A DNA stretch of 64,000 bases from an uncultured Bacteroidales bacterium (GCA_903913885.1 CAIWMX010000009.1:1176-65175), one strand, 5' to 3'. Positions 28,324 to 37,732 are shown, numbered from the stretch's first letter. The notes: a model not told the origin generated them from the letters alone. Program-made: numbers and translations.

Positions 28324-29790
28324 TTATTCCAGGTCAAACCACGAATCGGGCCTGATGTGATTCCCGGCATCAAATTTATAGCTGAATTCGTTGGTATGCT
28401 TATTATAATTGTAGTCTGAAGCCCATTCAGCGTGGTGTCTTTGAATTTCCCTAATGGCATCGGTAAAGCAGTATAGTTCGCTGTCCGTCATGGTCGGATG
28501 CAGGGAGAGCCGCACCCATCCGGGTTTCTCAGACAAATCGCCTTCATTGATCTTATCGGTGATCGACTTCGACTGTTCATGGCTGACGTGCAGAAGGTAA
28601 TGGCCATATGTGCCGGCACAGGCGCACCCGCCCCTGACCTGGATGCCGAACCGGTCGCTGAGCAATTTTACAACCAGGTTGTAATGGATAAGATCAATGT
28701 AAAAGGAGACCACCCCCAGCCGGTTCCTGACTTTATCAGCCAGGATGTGCAAGCCGGGAACCTGCGAAAGTTCTCTGAAGGCGATTGCCACCAGTTCTTC
28801 TTCACGCTGATGGATTTTATTAATGGTCATTTTATTTTTCAACCCGAGGGCAAGGGCCGTGCGCATGGCTTGTAAAAAACCGGGAGTGCCGCCATCTTCG
28901 CGTACTTCGATGTCGTCGATGAACTTATATTCACCCCAGCGGTTGGTCCATTCAACCGTCCCTCCGCCAGGCTGGTCCGGCACTTCTAATTTGTACAGTG
29001 TGGAGTTGAAAACAAGAACGCCTGATGAACCGGGGCCTCCCAGGAATTTGTGCGGTGAAAAGTAGATAGCATCCAGGCTTTCCAAAGGATCGCCGGGATG
29101 CATGTTCATATCGTCGTATGGGGCGGAGGCAGCGTAGTCGATGAACGCATATCCGCCATACTGGTGCATCAGCCGTGCCATCTGGTGCACCGGGGTGCGT
29201 ATGCCTGTTACGTTGGAGCAGGCGGTAAATGAACCGATTTTAACCTTACGGTCCTCATATTTTTTTAATGCATTCTCCAGGTGATTGAGGTCAACGAGCA
29301 TATCGTTGCCCGGTTCGATGATCACAACCTCGGCGCTGGTCTCATACCAGGAAGTCTGGTTTGAATGGTGTTCCATGTGTGTAAGAAATACAACCGGACG
29401 TTCGGCTTCGTGGAGGTGATGCTGATGGGTGGGATCACTGCAGTGTTTCATGCCCAGGATACGCTGGAATTTAACAATGGCGCCGGTCATTCCAAATCCC
29501 GTGGTGATGATAACGTCTTTAGGCCCGGCATTTACATGCGCTTTTATCCTGCTGTGGGCCAGGTGATAGGCTTCTGTCATCAACCGGCCGTTTTCGCTGG
29601 TCTCCGTATGCGTATTCCCAACAAAAGGCCCGATCAGGTTGATGAACACATCTTCGATCGGGCGGTACAGACGGCCACTGGCTACCCAATCGGCATAGAT
29701 CATTTTTTTTTGGCCGTAGGGCGTGTTGAATTGGCAGTCGAAGCCAATGGTATTTTCCCTGAATTGATTAAAATATTGTTCGGTTGTCAT
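28324..29790 (-). CDS. Class-V PLP-dependent enzyme (cysteine desulfurase / selenocysteine lyase-like)
   Basis: 488 aa. PLP-lysine block FSPHKFLGGPGSSGVLVF and a C-terminal active-site-like GGCACAGTYGH loop. Confidence 0.75.
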   Translation of the reverse strand: MTTEQYFNQFRENTIGFDCQFNTPYGQKKMIYADWVASGRLYRPIEDVFINLIGPFVGNTHTETSENGRLMTEAYHLAHSRIKAHVNAGPKDVIITTGFGMTGAIVKFQRILGMKHCSDPTHQHHLHEAERPVVFLTHMEHHSNQTSWYETSAEVVIIEPGNDMLVDLNHLENALKKYEDRKVKIGSFTACSNVTGIRTPVHQMARLMHQYGGYAFIDYAASAPYDDMNMHPGDPLESLDAIYFSPHKFLGGPGSSGVLVFNSTLYKLEVPDQPGGGTVEWTNRWGEYKFIDDIEVREDGGTPGFLQAMRTALALGLKNKMTINKIHQREEELVAIAFRELSQVPGLHILADKVRNRLGVVSFYIDLIHYNLVVKLLSDRFGIQVRGGCACAGTYGHYLLHVSHEQSKSITDKINEGDLSEKPGWVRLSLHPTMTDSELYCFTDAIREIQRHHAEWASDYNYNKHTNEFSYKFDAGNHIRPDSWFDLE

Positions 29791-29957
29791 AAAATTCTTC
29801 CTGGTTTGCCTGGTTCATGATATTCCCAAAGCCCCGCAAAAGGAACTCCGTCTTTGCAGAGATGGTATCCCGTATAGGACACGCACAAAAGTAATGAAAT
29901 AGCAAATTGATTCGTCGTGAAAACGAACAGGGAAGCCATGGTGTTAGCTACACCGGA

Positions 29958-30458
29958 TCAGGTGAAAATGATCTGGGTCTGCAAGCCGCCGCACTTTTCG
30001 TAGAACTGGCCTACGGTAAGCACTTCCTTAACCCCGTCCCAAAGGTCTTCCTTTTTCAGTTTGAACATATCCATCGCGAGTTTGCAGGCAAAAACTTCGC
30101 CACCGCCCGCTTCGATCATTTCAAGGAATTCGGCCACAGGCGGGATGTCCAGTTTTTCCATCTGGCCGCGCATCATGGCTGATACCCCGGCTTCAACTCC
30201 CGGGATCACGCCGAGCAGTGTGGGAAAGGGCAGCCCACCCGGCATACGCATCGCCGGGTTCCCGGTAACCCCGGTATGGAGGCTGTTCATTGTCTTTTTT
30301 GTAATCGCGTCAAGCCCGAAAAAGGTAAAGAACAGTTTTGTCTCAATGCCTTCCATTACCGCGCCATTGCCCATCACCAGGGCTGCGTAAACATCTTCGA
30401 TGGTGCCTTTTGCACAGATAATGCACACCTTTTTCAGTGGAAATTCTTCATTTGCCAT
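29958..30458 (-). CDS. DsrE/DsrF-like (DrsE_2) sulfur-relay family protein
   Basis: 166 aa. KKVCIICAKGTIEDVYAALVMGNGAVMEG...FFTFFGLDAI...VFACKLAMDMF resembles DsrE2/3-type carriers with a conserved Cys. Confidence 0.7.
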   Translation of the reverse strand: MANEEFPLKKVCIICAKGTIEDVYAALVMGNGAVMEGIETKLFFTFFGLDAITKKTMNSLHTGVTGNPAMRMPGGLPFPTLLGVIPGVEAGVSAMMRGQMEKLDIPPVAEFLEMIEAGGGEVFACKLAMDMFKLKKEDLWDGVKEVLTVGQFYEKCGGLQTQIIFT

Positions 30459-30487
30459 ATCAAATAGTTTTAAAGTTTAAGAAACAC

Positions 30488-30799
30488 CTACACGCATGAT
30501 GCTGGTTTGGGGATCCCGGCAATTTTTGCTGCTTTTTTCATCGGGGCTCCGGGAAATAACCCATAAAAGCCCTTGATGTCAATGATCCCGGAGTTGCCGA
30601 CCGAACGGATGGTGAGGGTTTCGCCTTTGCCAAAACGTTCACGCAGGAAATCCAAAACAGCCAGGTGCTTGTCAGTCAGGATAATTCCCTCTTCCTTCGC
30701 AACTTCCATTGCAATCTCCCTGCTCCATTGGGCAGGATTCGTGAAATAACCTTCTTCATTGACATCGACGGTTACCCCTGCAAAAATTTTCTGTGCCAT
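30488..30799 (-). CDS. tusE: TusE/DsrC-family sulfur carrier (single C-terminal Cys type)
   Basis: 103 aa ending ...AKIAGIPKPASCV, the hallmark penultimate Cys arm of DsrC/TusE. The second DsrC Cys, about 11 residues upstream, is Ala here. Confidence 0.85.
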   Translation of the reverse strand: MAQKIFAGVTVDVNEEGYFTNPAQWSREIAMEVAKEEGIILTDKHLAVLDFLRERFGKGETLTIRSVGNSGIIDIKGFYGLFPGAPMKKAAKIAGIPKPASCV

Positions 30800-30920
30800 A
30801 GTTTTAATGATTGAAAGAATGATTTATTGATTAACTGAATTTTCCACTAAACAAAATTGAACCTAATTTCAGAATTAACCTATAACAGCCACCTTAATTT
30901 TTCAATAAATCTAAAAAAAA

Positions 30921-30997
30921 CCACGTCCCACGTCCCACGTCCCACGTCCCACGTCCCACGTCCCACGTCCTTCGTCCCACGTCCTACGTCCTACGTC
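30921..30997. repeat. Tandem heptamer array (CCACGTC)x11: 7 perfect and 4 degenerate units
   Basis: Read directly: ccacgtc x7, cttcgtc, ccacgtc, ctacgtc x2. The last unit overlaps the DUF1641 stop (30991-30993), and an A8 run (30913-30920) abuts the other end. The minus (sense) strand reads (GGGACGT)n. Confidence 0.97.
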
Positions 30998-31569
30998 CTC
31001 CCCGCAGCCTCCACCAGCCTGAGGGCAAATGACAGCGATTTCCTTACATCCGGAGAATTGAGCTGTTTCACAATACCGAACAGGGATTTATTATCGAGTT
31101 TGTCGTCCATCCTGATTGAGGCAATGGCTTTGGTGGTGCGGTTGAGCGATGTAAGAAGGCCTGGTTGGGTGAGGTTGCGTATGATCCCGGCAATTTCATC
31201 AAAATATCCCTTCTGGTCTAATTCGTTCATTTTATTCACCGCATCGAGGCCAACCTGGTGAAGAACCGGTGAAATATCCTTCATAAAGTCACGTACACTC
31301 TCAAGCATTTCAAGCATTTCATGAAAAGTGCCAACATTCTGCAGGATTTTAATCAGCAGCATCGGGATATCGCTGTTATCAACATCAATCTGTGATTTAT
31401 CGAGCATCACCACGGTGTTTTTGAAAGCATCCCTGGCTACAATGCTCAGGTCTTCAACAAGGTCGTCAAATTCCTCACGATTTCTCTTCTGCTGCTCAAC
31501 ACTTTCAAGGACCAGGTCCATCTTACGGTTGAGTTCGGAAATTTGTTCCTGTATATCTTTTTCTGTCAT
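30991..31569 (-). CDS. DUF1641-domain protein
   Basis: 192 aa, helical. The C-terminal block LLTSLNRTTKAIASI....D...SLFGIVKQLNSPDVRKSLSFALRLVEA is typical of DUF1641 proteins, which accompany FAD-dependent sulfide/NADH oxidoreductases. Confidence 0.7.
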   Translation of the reverse strand: MTEKDIQEQISELNRKMDLVLESVEQQKRNREEFDDLVEDLSIVARDAFKNTVVMLDKSQIDVDNSDIPMLLIKILQNVGTFHEMLEMLESVRDFMKDISPVLHQVGLDAVNKMNELDQKGYFDEIAGIIRNLTQPGLLTSLNRTTKAIASIRMDDKLDNKSLFGIVKQLNSPDVRKSLSFALRLVEAAGRT

Positions 31570-31580
31570 AGCCCCGTGCT

Positions 31581-32810
31581 TTACATTTTTTTACCTGCCA
31601 TGGACATTTTTGAATCGATCGGCATCTCTTTGCCTTTTAACAGGATATGCCAGTAAATCCAGCGAAACAGCAATTTTCCGTAATGGTTCATGCGCGTCTC
31701 CTTCAGCAGGCCAAACGGACCAACACCCGGAAACGGGAACGAACCCGGAAGCGGTTCGGTGGTGTAATTGAAATCGATCAGCGCTCCTTTTCCAAACCCG
31801 GTTTCAATATAGCAATTGGCATGGCCGTCGAACGACTCGGTAAAAGGCCTGTTTTCAATGGCACACATCAGGTTGGCCGTGAGAACATCGGCCTGGAAAT
31901 GAACCACCGAGCCGGCTTTGGAGGTCGGGAAATTCCCTGCATCACCGATGATAAAAATATTGGGATAAAAGTCCGACTGAAGGGTGTGCTTATGAGCCTT
32001 GGCGAAATCCATTTCATCTCCCAGTCCGCTGCGGCCGATCATCATATCTCCCTTGTGAACCGGGACCGTAACCAGACAGTCGAACGGGATTTCCCGGTCA
32101 TCGTAGGAAACGAGAACCTTCCTATCATTATCAACTTTTTCAAGATAGAAATCGGGAACGATTTTTATGTTTTTCTCCTCCAGCAGCGAGCCCAGCACTT
32201 TGGATGCGCGTGGCTTTGTGAAAGCGCCCGACATCGGGGTCACATAGGAGATGTTTACTTTGTTTCGAAATCCGCGCTCAACAAAGAATGCGTCGGCAAA
32301 CATGACGAATTCGAGCGGTGCTACCGGGCATTTTATAGGAACGTCGGCGATGTTTAGCACCAGTTCGCCTCCCTGCCAGGTTTTAAAAAATTCAGCCAAG
32401 GCAACAGCGCCTTCGATGGTGTAAAAATCGAAAATGTTCTTCTGCCACAATGGCCCTTTCAGTCCCGGGGTCTCATCCGGATCCACCCGCGTCCCCGTGG
32501 CAACGATCAGAAAATCATACTTCAGCGAAATCCCGTCTTTCAGAATCACATGGTTGTTCGGGGCATCAACCCGGTCAATTTCCTGGAGAATAAGATTTAC
32601 CCCGGCAGGAAGAAAACTGTTCTTCGGTTTGACCACATCCTGCCTTGTGTACATTCCGAATGGGATAAACAGGAACCCGGGCTGATAGTAATGCGTCCTG
32701 TGCTGATCTACAATGGTGATGTCCCATTCTTCGCGTGACAGGAGTTTCCTCATTTTATTAGCCATGATGGTTCCACCTGTACCGGCTCCAAGAATTAATA
32801 GTCTTTGCAT
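31581..32810 (-). CDS. FAD-dependent pyridine nucleotide-disulfide oxidoreductase, sulfide:quinone oxidoreductase-like
   Basis: Start at ATG 32808-32810 gives MQRLLILGAGTGGTIMANK (FAD GxGxxG). The SQR-like Cys blocks PIKCPVAPLE and HANCYIETGFGKG are present. Confidence 0.75.
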   Translation of the reverse strand: MQRLLILGAGTGGTIMANKMRKLLSREEWDITIVDQHRTHYYQPGFLFIPFGMYTRQDVVKPKNSFLPAGVNLILQEIDRVDAPNNHVILKDGISLKYDFLIVATGTRVDPDETPGLKGPLWQKNIFDFYTIEGAVALAEFFKTWQGGELVLNIADVPIKCPVAPLEFVMFADAFFVERGFRNKVNISYVTPMSGAFTKPRASKVLGSLLEEKNIKIVPDFYLEKVDNDRKVLVSYDDREIPFDCLVTVPVHKGDMMIGRSGLGDEMDFAKAHKHTLQSDFYPNIFIIGDAGNFPTSKAGSVVHFQADVLTANLMCAIENRPFTESFDGHANCYIETGFGKGALIDFNYTTEPLPGSFPFPGVGPFGLLKETRMNHYGKLLFRWIYWHILLKGKEMPIDSKMSMAGKKM

Positions 32811-32957
32811 GATATGGGAGGTTTTTGTGCGTTTTATGTATGCACAAAAATAGATATATATATTCTGCGATTTATATACCTGTGAAAAAAATAACAAAAA
32901 TTATATTCAGTCTGAATATAAAAAAGTTATCAAGAGGAGGAGGGGATCATAAATAAA

Positions 32958-32997
32958 CAGCCAATTGATTCCCCGGGATTTGGGAATCAATTGGCTG
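32958..32997 (-). terminator. Rho-independent terminator downstream of tatA
   Basis: Perfect 16-bp stem CAGCCAATTGATTCCC / GGGAATCAATTGGCTG with an 8-nt loop, 21 nt past the tatA stop. On the minus strand it is followed by TTTATTTAT. Confidence 0.8.
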
Positions 32998-33017
32998 TTA
33001 CAGCAGGGATTGCCTGT

Positions 33018-33242
33018 TTAAACTTTCTTCTCGGCCTGATCGACCGGGGGAGTTTTTTCGGTCGGTTTTTTCAGCTCTTCTTCAAAGCCATCCATACCAT
33101 CTTTGAAGCTTTTAACGCCCTTGCCCAGTCCTTTCATAAGTTCAGGGATTTTCTTGCCGCCGAATAAAAGAAGGACAACCAAAGCAACCAGCAACAGCTC
33201 CGAGTTGCCCAGTCCGAATATCAATAAAATGCCTAAGGTCAT
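33018..33242 (-). CDS. tatA: Twin-arginine translocase subunit TatA/E
   Basis: [49 protein letters not shown] is the TatA TM helix plus amphipathic helix. Start trimmed to ATG 33240-33242. Confidence 0.9.
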   Translation of the reverse strand: MTLGILLIFGLGNSELLLVALVVLLLFGGKKIPELMKGLGKGVKSFKDGMDGFEEELKKPTEKTPPVDQAEKKV

Positions 33243-33357
33243 GATGTGTGTTTTTAAGTCGGAAATCAATGCAAAGATACAAATCTATTGTAATTACAGG
33301 ACTGTTTTAAAAACATTGTGGAGTGTAGGAAAACAACCATATTCCGGCTGGGTCCTG

Positions 33358-34593
33358 TCACAAGCCGGGCTTGAAAAACAGAGATGAATCCCCGTAACTC
33401 AAGAACCGGAAATCATTTGAAAGTGCGTATTCATAAGCGCTTTTCCATGCTTCCCCAACCAGTGCTGCCACCAGCAGGAGCAAGGTGCTTTGCGGCATGT
33501 GGAAATTGGTAATCAGGCCTGCGACCACTTTAAAGCTGTAGCCCGGAACAATCATCAGCTGGGTTTCTCCGGAATATTCCGCCATACCGTTTTCATCAAG
33601 GAACCTTAACAGGGTTTCCAACGCCTGTTCAGTGCTTATTTTGTCAACCTCGTGTATCTCGTATGGATCCCATTGAAAAATCACCGGGTTGTGGTTGTTT
33701 CCGTCTCTGGCCAGTTTTACACCGAGCCAGTATAGGCTTTCCAGCGTTCTTGCCGAGGTTGTACCTACTGCAAACACCGGTCGTTCCCGGTGGTTTAACA
33801 GGCTGGCGATGGTTTTCCTGGAAACCACGATTTTTTCATGGTGCATCACATGACCGCCGATCCGTTCCGCGATGACAGGTTTAAACGTTCCTACACCTAC
33901 ATGCAGGGTTACATTTTCGTAGATAATTCCCCTGGCCGCAATTTTTTGCAAGACAGATTCTGTGAAATGAAGTCCTGCGGTAGGAGCGGCAACGGAGCCC
34001 TGAGGTGCGGCAAAGATGGTTTGGTATCGCTCTGAATCAGCATTTTCGGGAGGCCTGTGGATGTAAGGAGGCAAAGGGATCAACCCGGCCAGTTCAAGGA
34101 TTTCAGAGAAGGTTTTTTCAGCCGGGGACCAGGTGAATTCAATTGCATGGCTGCCATCGCCATAGGGGCCGGCATATTTCGCACCGAGCTGATATGTGTT
34201 TCCCTGGTACCGGATTTCATGAATCAGCAAACCGCTTTTCCACCGTTTCAGGTTCCCGACCAGGCATTTCCAGGTCGATGCCGATTTCTGCAGGAACGCA
34301 GTCTGAATATCCGCCACAGGGGCGATGGGCTCAAGACAGAAGATCTCAACAACCGCACCGGTTGACTTGGTGAAAATGAGCCTTGCCCTGATTACCCTGG
34401 TGTCGTTGAAAACCAGCATGCTGTTGGCAGGCAGCTGGCTGCCGATATTTGAGAAAACATCCTGGCTCAGCAACCCTTGCCGGTATACCAGCAGTTTCGA
34501 TGCATCGCGGTTGGCCAGCGGAAACTGGGCAATCCGGCTGTCCGGCAGGGGGTAATTATAATCAGCTATGCGTATTTCGCCCGGGTCGAACAT
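33358..34593 (-). CDS. queA: S-adenosylmethionine:tRNA ribosyltransferase-isomerase
   Basis: DYNYPLPDSRIAQFPL..RD.SKLLV, GAVVEIF.LEP, PLPPYI.R and TAGLHFT blocks of QueA. The first ATG is at 34591-34593; the ORF track uses an upstream TTG at 34611. Confidence 0.9.
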   Translation of the reverse strand: MFDPGEIRIADYNYPLPDSRIAQFPLANRDASKLLVYRQGLLSQDVFSNIGSQLPANSMLVFNDTRVIRARLIFTKSTGAVVEIFCLEPIAPVADIQTAFLQKSASTWKCLVGNLKRWKSGLLIHEIRYQGNTYQLGAKYAGPYGDGSHAIEFTWSPAEKTFSEILELAGLIPLPPYIHRPPENADSERYQTIFAAPQGSVAAPTAGLHFTESVLQKIAARGIIYENVTLHVGVGTFKPVIAERIGGHVMHHEKIVVSRKTIASLLNHRERPVFAVGTTSARTLESLYWLGVKLARDGNNHNPVIFQWDPYEIHEVDKISTEQALETLLRFLDENGMAEYSGETQLMIVPGYSFKVVAGLITNFHMPQSTLLLLVAALVGEAWKSAYEYALSNDFRFLSYGDSSLFFKPGL

Positions 34594-34636
34594 TACCGTG
34601 TTTTCCTGCAAAGAAAAGGAAAAAAACGGTTGGTCA

Positions 34637-36082
34637 TCAGTGTTTGTCCGAATTGAAGAAAGTCGGTTTGTAGGTCAGCATAATGTAAGCATACTGAGCC
34701 CATTTGCTGGTACCGGTTTTCAGTCCGTTCAATTTTTCCATGGTGGAGGTCGGAAGGAAAAAGCAGTAGGCCGCGTTTATCTCAAGGTTGCTGATGGGCT
34801 TGTAGCCAAACATCAGGTCAATTTCAGAACCCAGGCTCTTTGTCACCGGGGCATAGGGCAAATCTCCCGTTTTTTTGACGGTGGCAGGGATATACCCTTT
34901 GGCGATGCCCAGCATCCGCCAGGTTGCCTCGAGTGATGCTTTTTCGCTGAAAAGCACCGTGGCCCTGCCGTAGAGGTCAGTCAGTCCAGGACTGTTCCCG
35001 CTGGTCACCTGGGCTGAGAACATATCCATGTACCCGTAAAATCCATGGCTGGTTCCATACAAGGTCGAGAAGGCGGTCGATTTTGTTTTCAACCCTGTCG
35101 TGTTCGAATAATCATTGCCGCTCATCCAGTCGTAACCAACCAGCAGGGTGAGAGGTTTTACTACTTTATAGGATGCAAAACCACCGAACAAACCGGCATT
35201 GATGGTCCTTCCGTCGTTGAATTTGCCGGCCTGGTAATATCCGGAAAGGAATATTTTGAGGTTCTTCCAGGTGTATGCGGCAGTTCCGCCTACGGTAAAC
35301 CTGCCGTACAACTGGGTGGGGTAGGTAGTGGTGGCGGAGGCAGTGGAGGTGGTTGAGATGATGGTCTTCCCGATGGTGTCGTGACTTGAGTTGGTGACCC
35401 AAAGTGTGTCTTTACGGGTCGTTTTCGTTGTGGTTACAGAATTTGGTTTCTGGAATACATCCATGACAGCCAGCAGGCTGACCACCAGTTTTTCTTTAAA
35501 AAATTTCTTTTGTTCATACAGATATCCCATGTATTTGTAGCCCTTCAGGGGATAGGTGGCCAGGAAGGCGGATGCCGGCGCTGTGTTGTTGATGGCAAAC
35601 CCGAGGTCGCCGCGGTAGCCCTTTGCCGGGGTTTCCCATTGAAGGATTCCAACATCGTGCGTGGCTCCTTTGGGCGACCAGTTTGAGTTTCCGAACAACC
35701 TCGCATCATCATAGATCAATTCGGTTCGGCCGATTTTAATGGCGAAGTTTTTTGTGAAACTGTAGCGGAACCATCCTTCATACATGTTAACGGTATTTCG
35801 TGTAATGGTATCGGAAGAATAGTTGTTCTCCCCAAAAACATACGCTTGCTGCAACGAGAATTTCGCGGTAAACTGATCGTTCCTGTAGTCGAAGTTCAGC
35901 CGGTTCCGGCCCAGGATGGTAGGATAACCTGTTTGACTCGAATCTCGCAGTTTACTATATCCGTCCCGGTATTCAAGGCGGGGCCGGAATTCGCCTGATA
36001 TCGTGAACTGGGCTTTCAGGTTACCTGCCAGCAGCAGGATACTGCACGACAACAAGAGTAAAATTTTAATCGGGGATTTCAT
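34637..36082 (-). CDS. Outer-membrane beta-barrel porin (alginate-export-family-like)
   Basis: 481 aa. Signal peptide, FTISGEFRPRLEYRDGY N-terminal strand motif, alternating amphipathic strands and a C-terminal aromatic. Confidence 0.6.
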   Translation of the reverse strand: MKSPIKILLLLSCSILLLAGNLKAQFTISGEFRPRLEYRDGYSKLRDSSQTGYPTILGRNRLNFDYRNDQFTAKFSLQQAYVFGENNYSSDTITRNTVNMYEGWFRYSFTKNFAIKIGRTELIYDDARLFGNSNWSPKGATHDVGILQWETPAKGYRGDLGFAINNTAPASAFLATYPLKGYKYMGYLYEQKKFFKEKLVVSLLAVMDVFQKPNSVTTTKTTRKDTLWVTNSSHDTIGKTIISTTSTASATTTYPTQLYGRFTVGGTAAYTWKNLKIFLSGYYQAGKFNDGRTINAGLFGGFASYKVVKPLTLLVGYDWMSGNDYSNTTGLKTKSTAFSTLYGTSHGFYGYMDMFSAQVTSGNSPGLTDLYGRATVLFSEKASLEATWRMLGIAKGYIPATVKKTGDLPYAPVTKSLGSEIDLMFGYKPISNLEINAAYCFFLPTSTMEKLNGLKTGTSKWAQYAYIMLTYKPTFFNSDKH

Positions 36083-36185
36083 AATGGGGAATTTTGTGTT
36101 GTGAATATGTGAACAATGCGAAAATAGAAAATTCCGTCCTAAGGATAATCATTCCGTTGTATCTAATTTTGTAGCAATAAAAAGG

Positions 36186-36193
36186 TAATTTTG
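36186..36193 (+). promoter_or_regulatory. Bacteroidota -7 promoter box (TAnnTTTG)
   Basis: TAATTTTG lies 17 nt upstream of the ATG at 36210. Confidence 0.4.
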
Positions 36194-36209
36194 CAGTAAA
36201 CACACGAAA

Positions 36210-36953
36210 ATGAAAATCAAACAGTATATCCCGAATGCCCTTACGACCATGAATCTGCTCTGCGGGCTGATCTCTCTTACGCTGACGTTCAGGGGTAATT
36301 ATCCCGGTGCATCCTTGTTTATATTCATAGCGGCCGTGTTTGATTTCCTCGACGGAAATGCAGCCAGGATCCTGAAAGCCTATTCTGAATTGGGGAAGCA
36401 ACTCGACTCGCTTGCCGATATGGTTTCATTCGGCGTGGCTCCCGGGATTATGATGTACCAGCTTTTGTCGAACGATTGTGCCGGCAGTTGCAATGCGCTG
36501 GAGCGCATGCACATAACACCATGGCTGGCCATGTTGATCCCGGTCTGTTCAGCGCTGCGGCTCGCGAAATTTAACATTGACCTCAGGCAGGAGGTTAATT
36601 TCATCGGTATGCCAACTCCGGCCATCGCGATTTTCTTTGCTTCGGTTCCCCTCGTATTGTTTGTTCAGCCCGGCTTGTTCAGCCTGATCCATCTTGATTT
36701 CATGGCAGTCTTTTTCGCAAATACCCGTATCCTGACCATCCTGGTGGTTTTCTTTTCCTACCTGCTGATTTCAGACTTTCGTATTTTTTCAATGAAATTC
36801 AAATCTTTGGGCTGGCAGGGCAACCAGTTGCGCTATGTGTTGCTGATATGTTCGGTCATCCTGCTGATCCTGTTTTTCCTCAGCGCCATCCCCATGATCA
36901 TCATGCTCTATGTGGTGATATCGATCTTTTTTCAGAATTACATCACCGACTGA
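36210..36953 (+). CDS. pssA: CDP-diacylglycerol--serine O-phosphatidyltransferase
   Basis: CDP-alcohol phosphatidyltransferase motif DFLDGNAARILKAYSELGKQLDSLADMVSFG (DGx2ARx8Gx3Dx3D). Multi-TM protein of 247 aa. Confidence 0.85.
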   Translation: MKIKQYIPNALTTMNLLCGLISLTLTFRGNYPGASLFIFIAAVFDFLDGNAARILKAYSELGKQLDSLADMVSFGVAPGIMMYQLLSNDCAGSCNALERMHITPWLAMLIPVCSALRLAKFNIDLRQEVNFIGMPTPAIAIFFASVPLVLFVQPGLFSLIHLDFMAVFFANTRILTILVVFFSYLLISDFRIFSMKFKSLGWQGNQLRYVLLICSVILLILFFLSAIPMIIMLYVVISIFFQNYITD

Positions 36954-36970
36954 ACAACAGAACCCAAAGA

Positions 36971-37693
36971 TTAACGCAATTCGAAATTCTGCCCCAGGTA
37001 AACCTTGCGAACATAGGGATCATCGGCAAGTTCCTGCCCGGTACCTGCACGGAGGATCGACCCTTCGAACAGCAGATAGGAACGGTCGGTGATTGAAAGT
37101 GTTTCGTGAACGTTATGGTCGGTAATCAGCACGCCGATATTTTTCTCCTTGAGCTTCCTGACGATTTGCTGAATATCCTCAACGGCAATCGGGTCGATCC
37201 CGGCAAACGGTTCATCGAGGAGCACAAATTTAGGATCGACCGCCAGGGAACGGGCAATTTCGCACCTTCTTCGTTCGCCGCCCGACAAGGTAATGCCATG
37301 ACTCTTTCTGACATGCTGAAGTCCGAATTCATCGAGCAGGGTTTCAAGCCGATGTTTCTGCAGATCCTTGCTGAGCCCGGTGAATTCGAGGATGGCCTTG
37401 ATGTTGTCTTCCACGCTCAGGTTACGAAAAATGGAAGCCTCCTGGGGCAGGTAGCTGATGCCGCGTTTGGCCCGTTTGTACATGGGCTCTTTGGTTATAT
37501 TGGTATCATCGAGAAAAACCTCTCCTGCAAAGGGTTTGATCAGCCCCACAATGATATAAAACGAGGTGGTTTTCCCGGCGCCGTTAGGTCCAAGCAAACC
37601 AACAATTTCTCCCTGGTTTAGTTCGATGGAAACTTCGTTGACCACAGTCCGTTTCCGGTATTTTTTTACAATTTTTTCAGTCCTGAGAATCAT
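36971..37693 (-). CDS. lptB: LPS export ABC transporter ATP-binding protein
   Basis: Walker [10 protein letters not shown], signature LSGGERRR, Walker [12 protein letters not shown], and a 240-aa single-NBD architecture typical of LptB. Confidence 0.85.
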   Translation of the reverse strand: MILRTEKIVKKYRKRTVVNEVSIELNQGEIVGLLGPNGAGKTTSFYIIVGLIKPFAGEVFLDDTNITKEPMYKRAKRGISYLPQEASIFRNLSVEDNIKAILEFTGLSKDLQKHRLETLLDEFGLQHVRKSHGITLSGGERRRCEIARSLAVDPKFVLLDEPFAGIDPIAVEDIQQIVRKLKEKNIGVLITDHNVHETLSITDRSYLLFEGSILRAGTGQELADDPYVRKVYLGQNFELR

Positions 37694-37732
37694 GCGGTGA
37701 GTTTTTTCAGTGGCCTTTGCCCTGTTGCAAAA

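Noticed and set aside
29791-29957. Possible riboswitch or leader upstream of the class-V PLP enzyme gene.
   Set aside because: Only a weak 5-bp hairpin and a CAAAAGTA (reverse TAnnTTTG) box are visible. I saw nothing resembling a known riboswitch consensus.
30921-30997. Considered whether the tandem arrays (here and at 40250-40391, 53112-53183, 63497-63571) could be CRISPR arrays.
   Set aside because: The units are only 7-8 nt and directly abut each other with no unique spacers. No cas genes are present in the window.
30857-31261. 134-aa plus-strand ORF with HVPRPTSHVPRPTS repeats.
   Set aside because: Its repeat region is simply the translation of the CCACGTC heptamer array, and the rest runs antisense to the DUF1641 gene. 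It has no start context and no recognisable domain.
31647-32357. Long antisense ORFs inside strong genes: 31647-32357, 3262-3888, 13783-14442, 62614-63288, 37106-37621 and 13108-13590.
   Set aside because: All lie opposite CDSs with unambiguous family motifs (SQR-like, histidine kinase, KamA, HutH, LptB, ATP-grasp) and show no motifs of their own. These are typical shadow ORFs.
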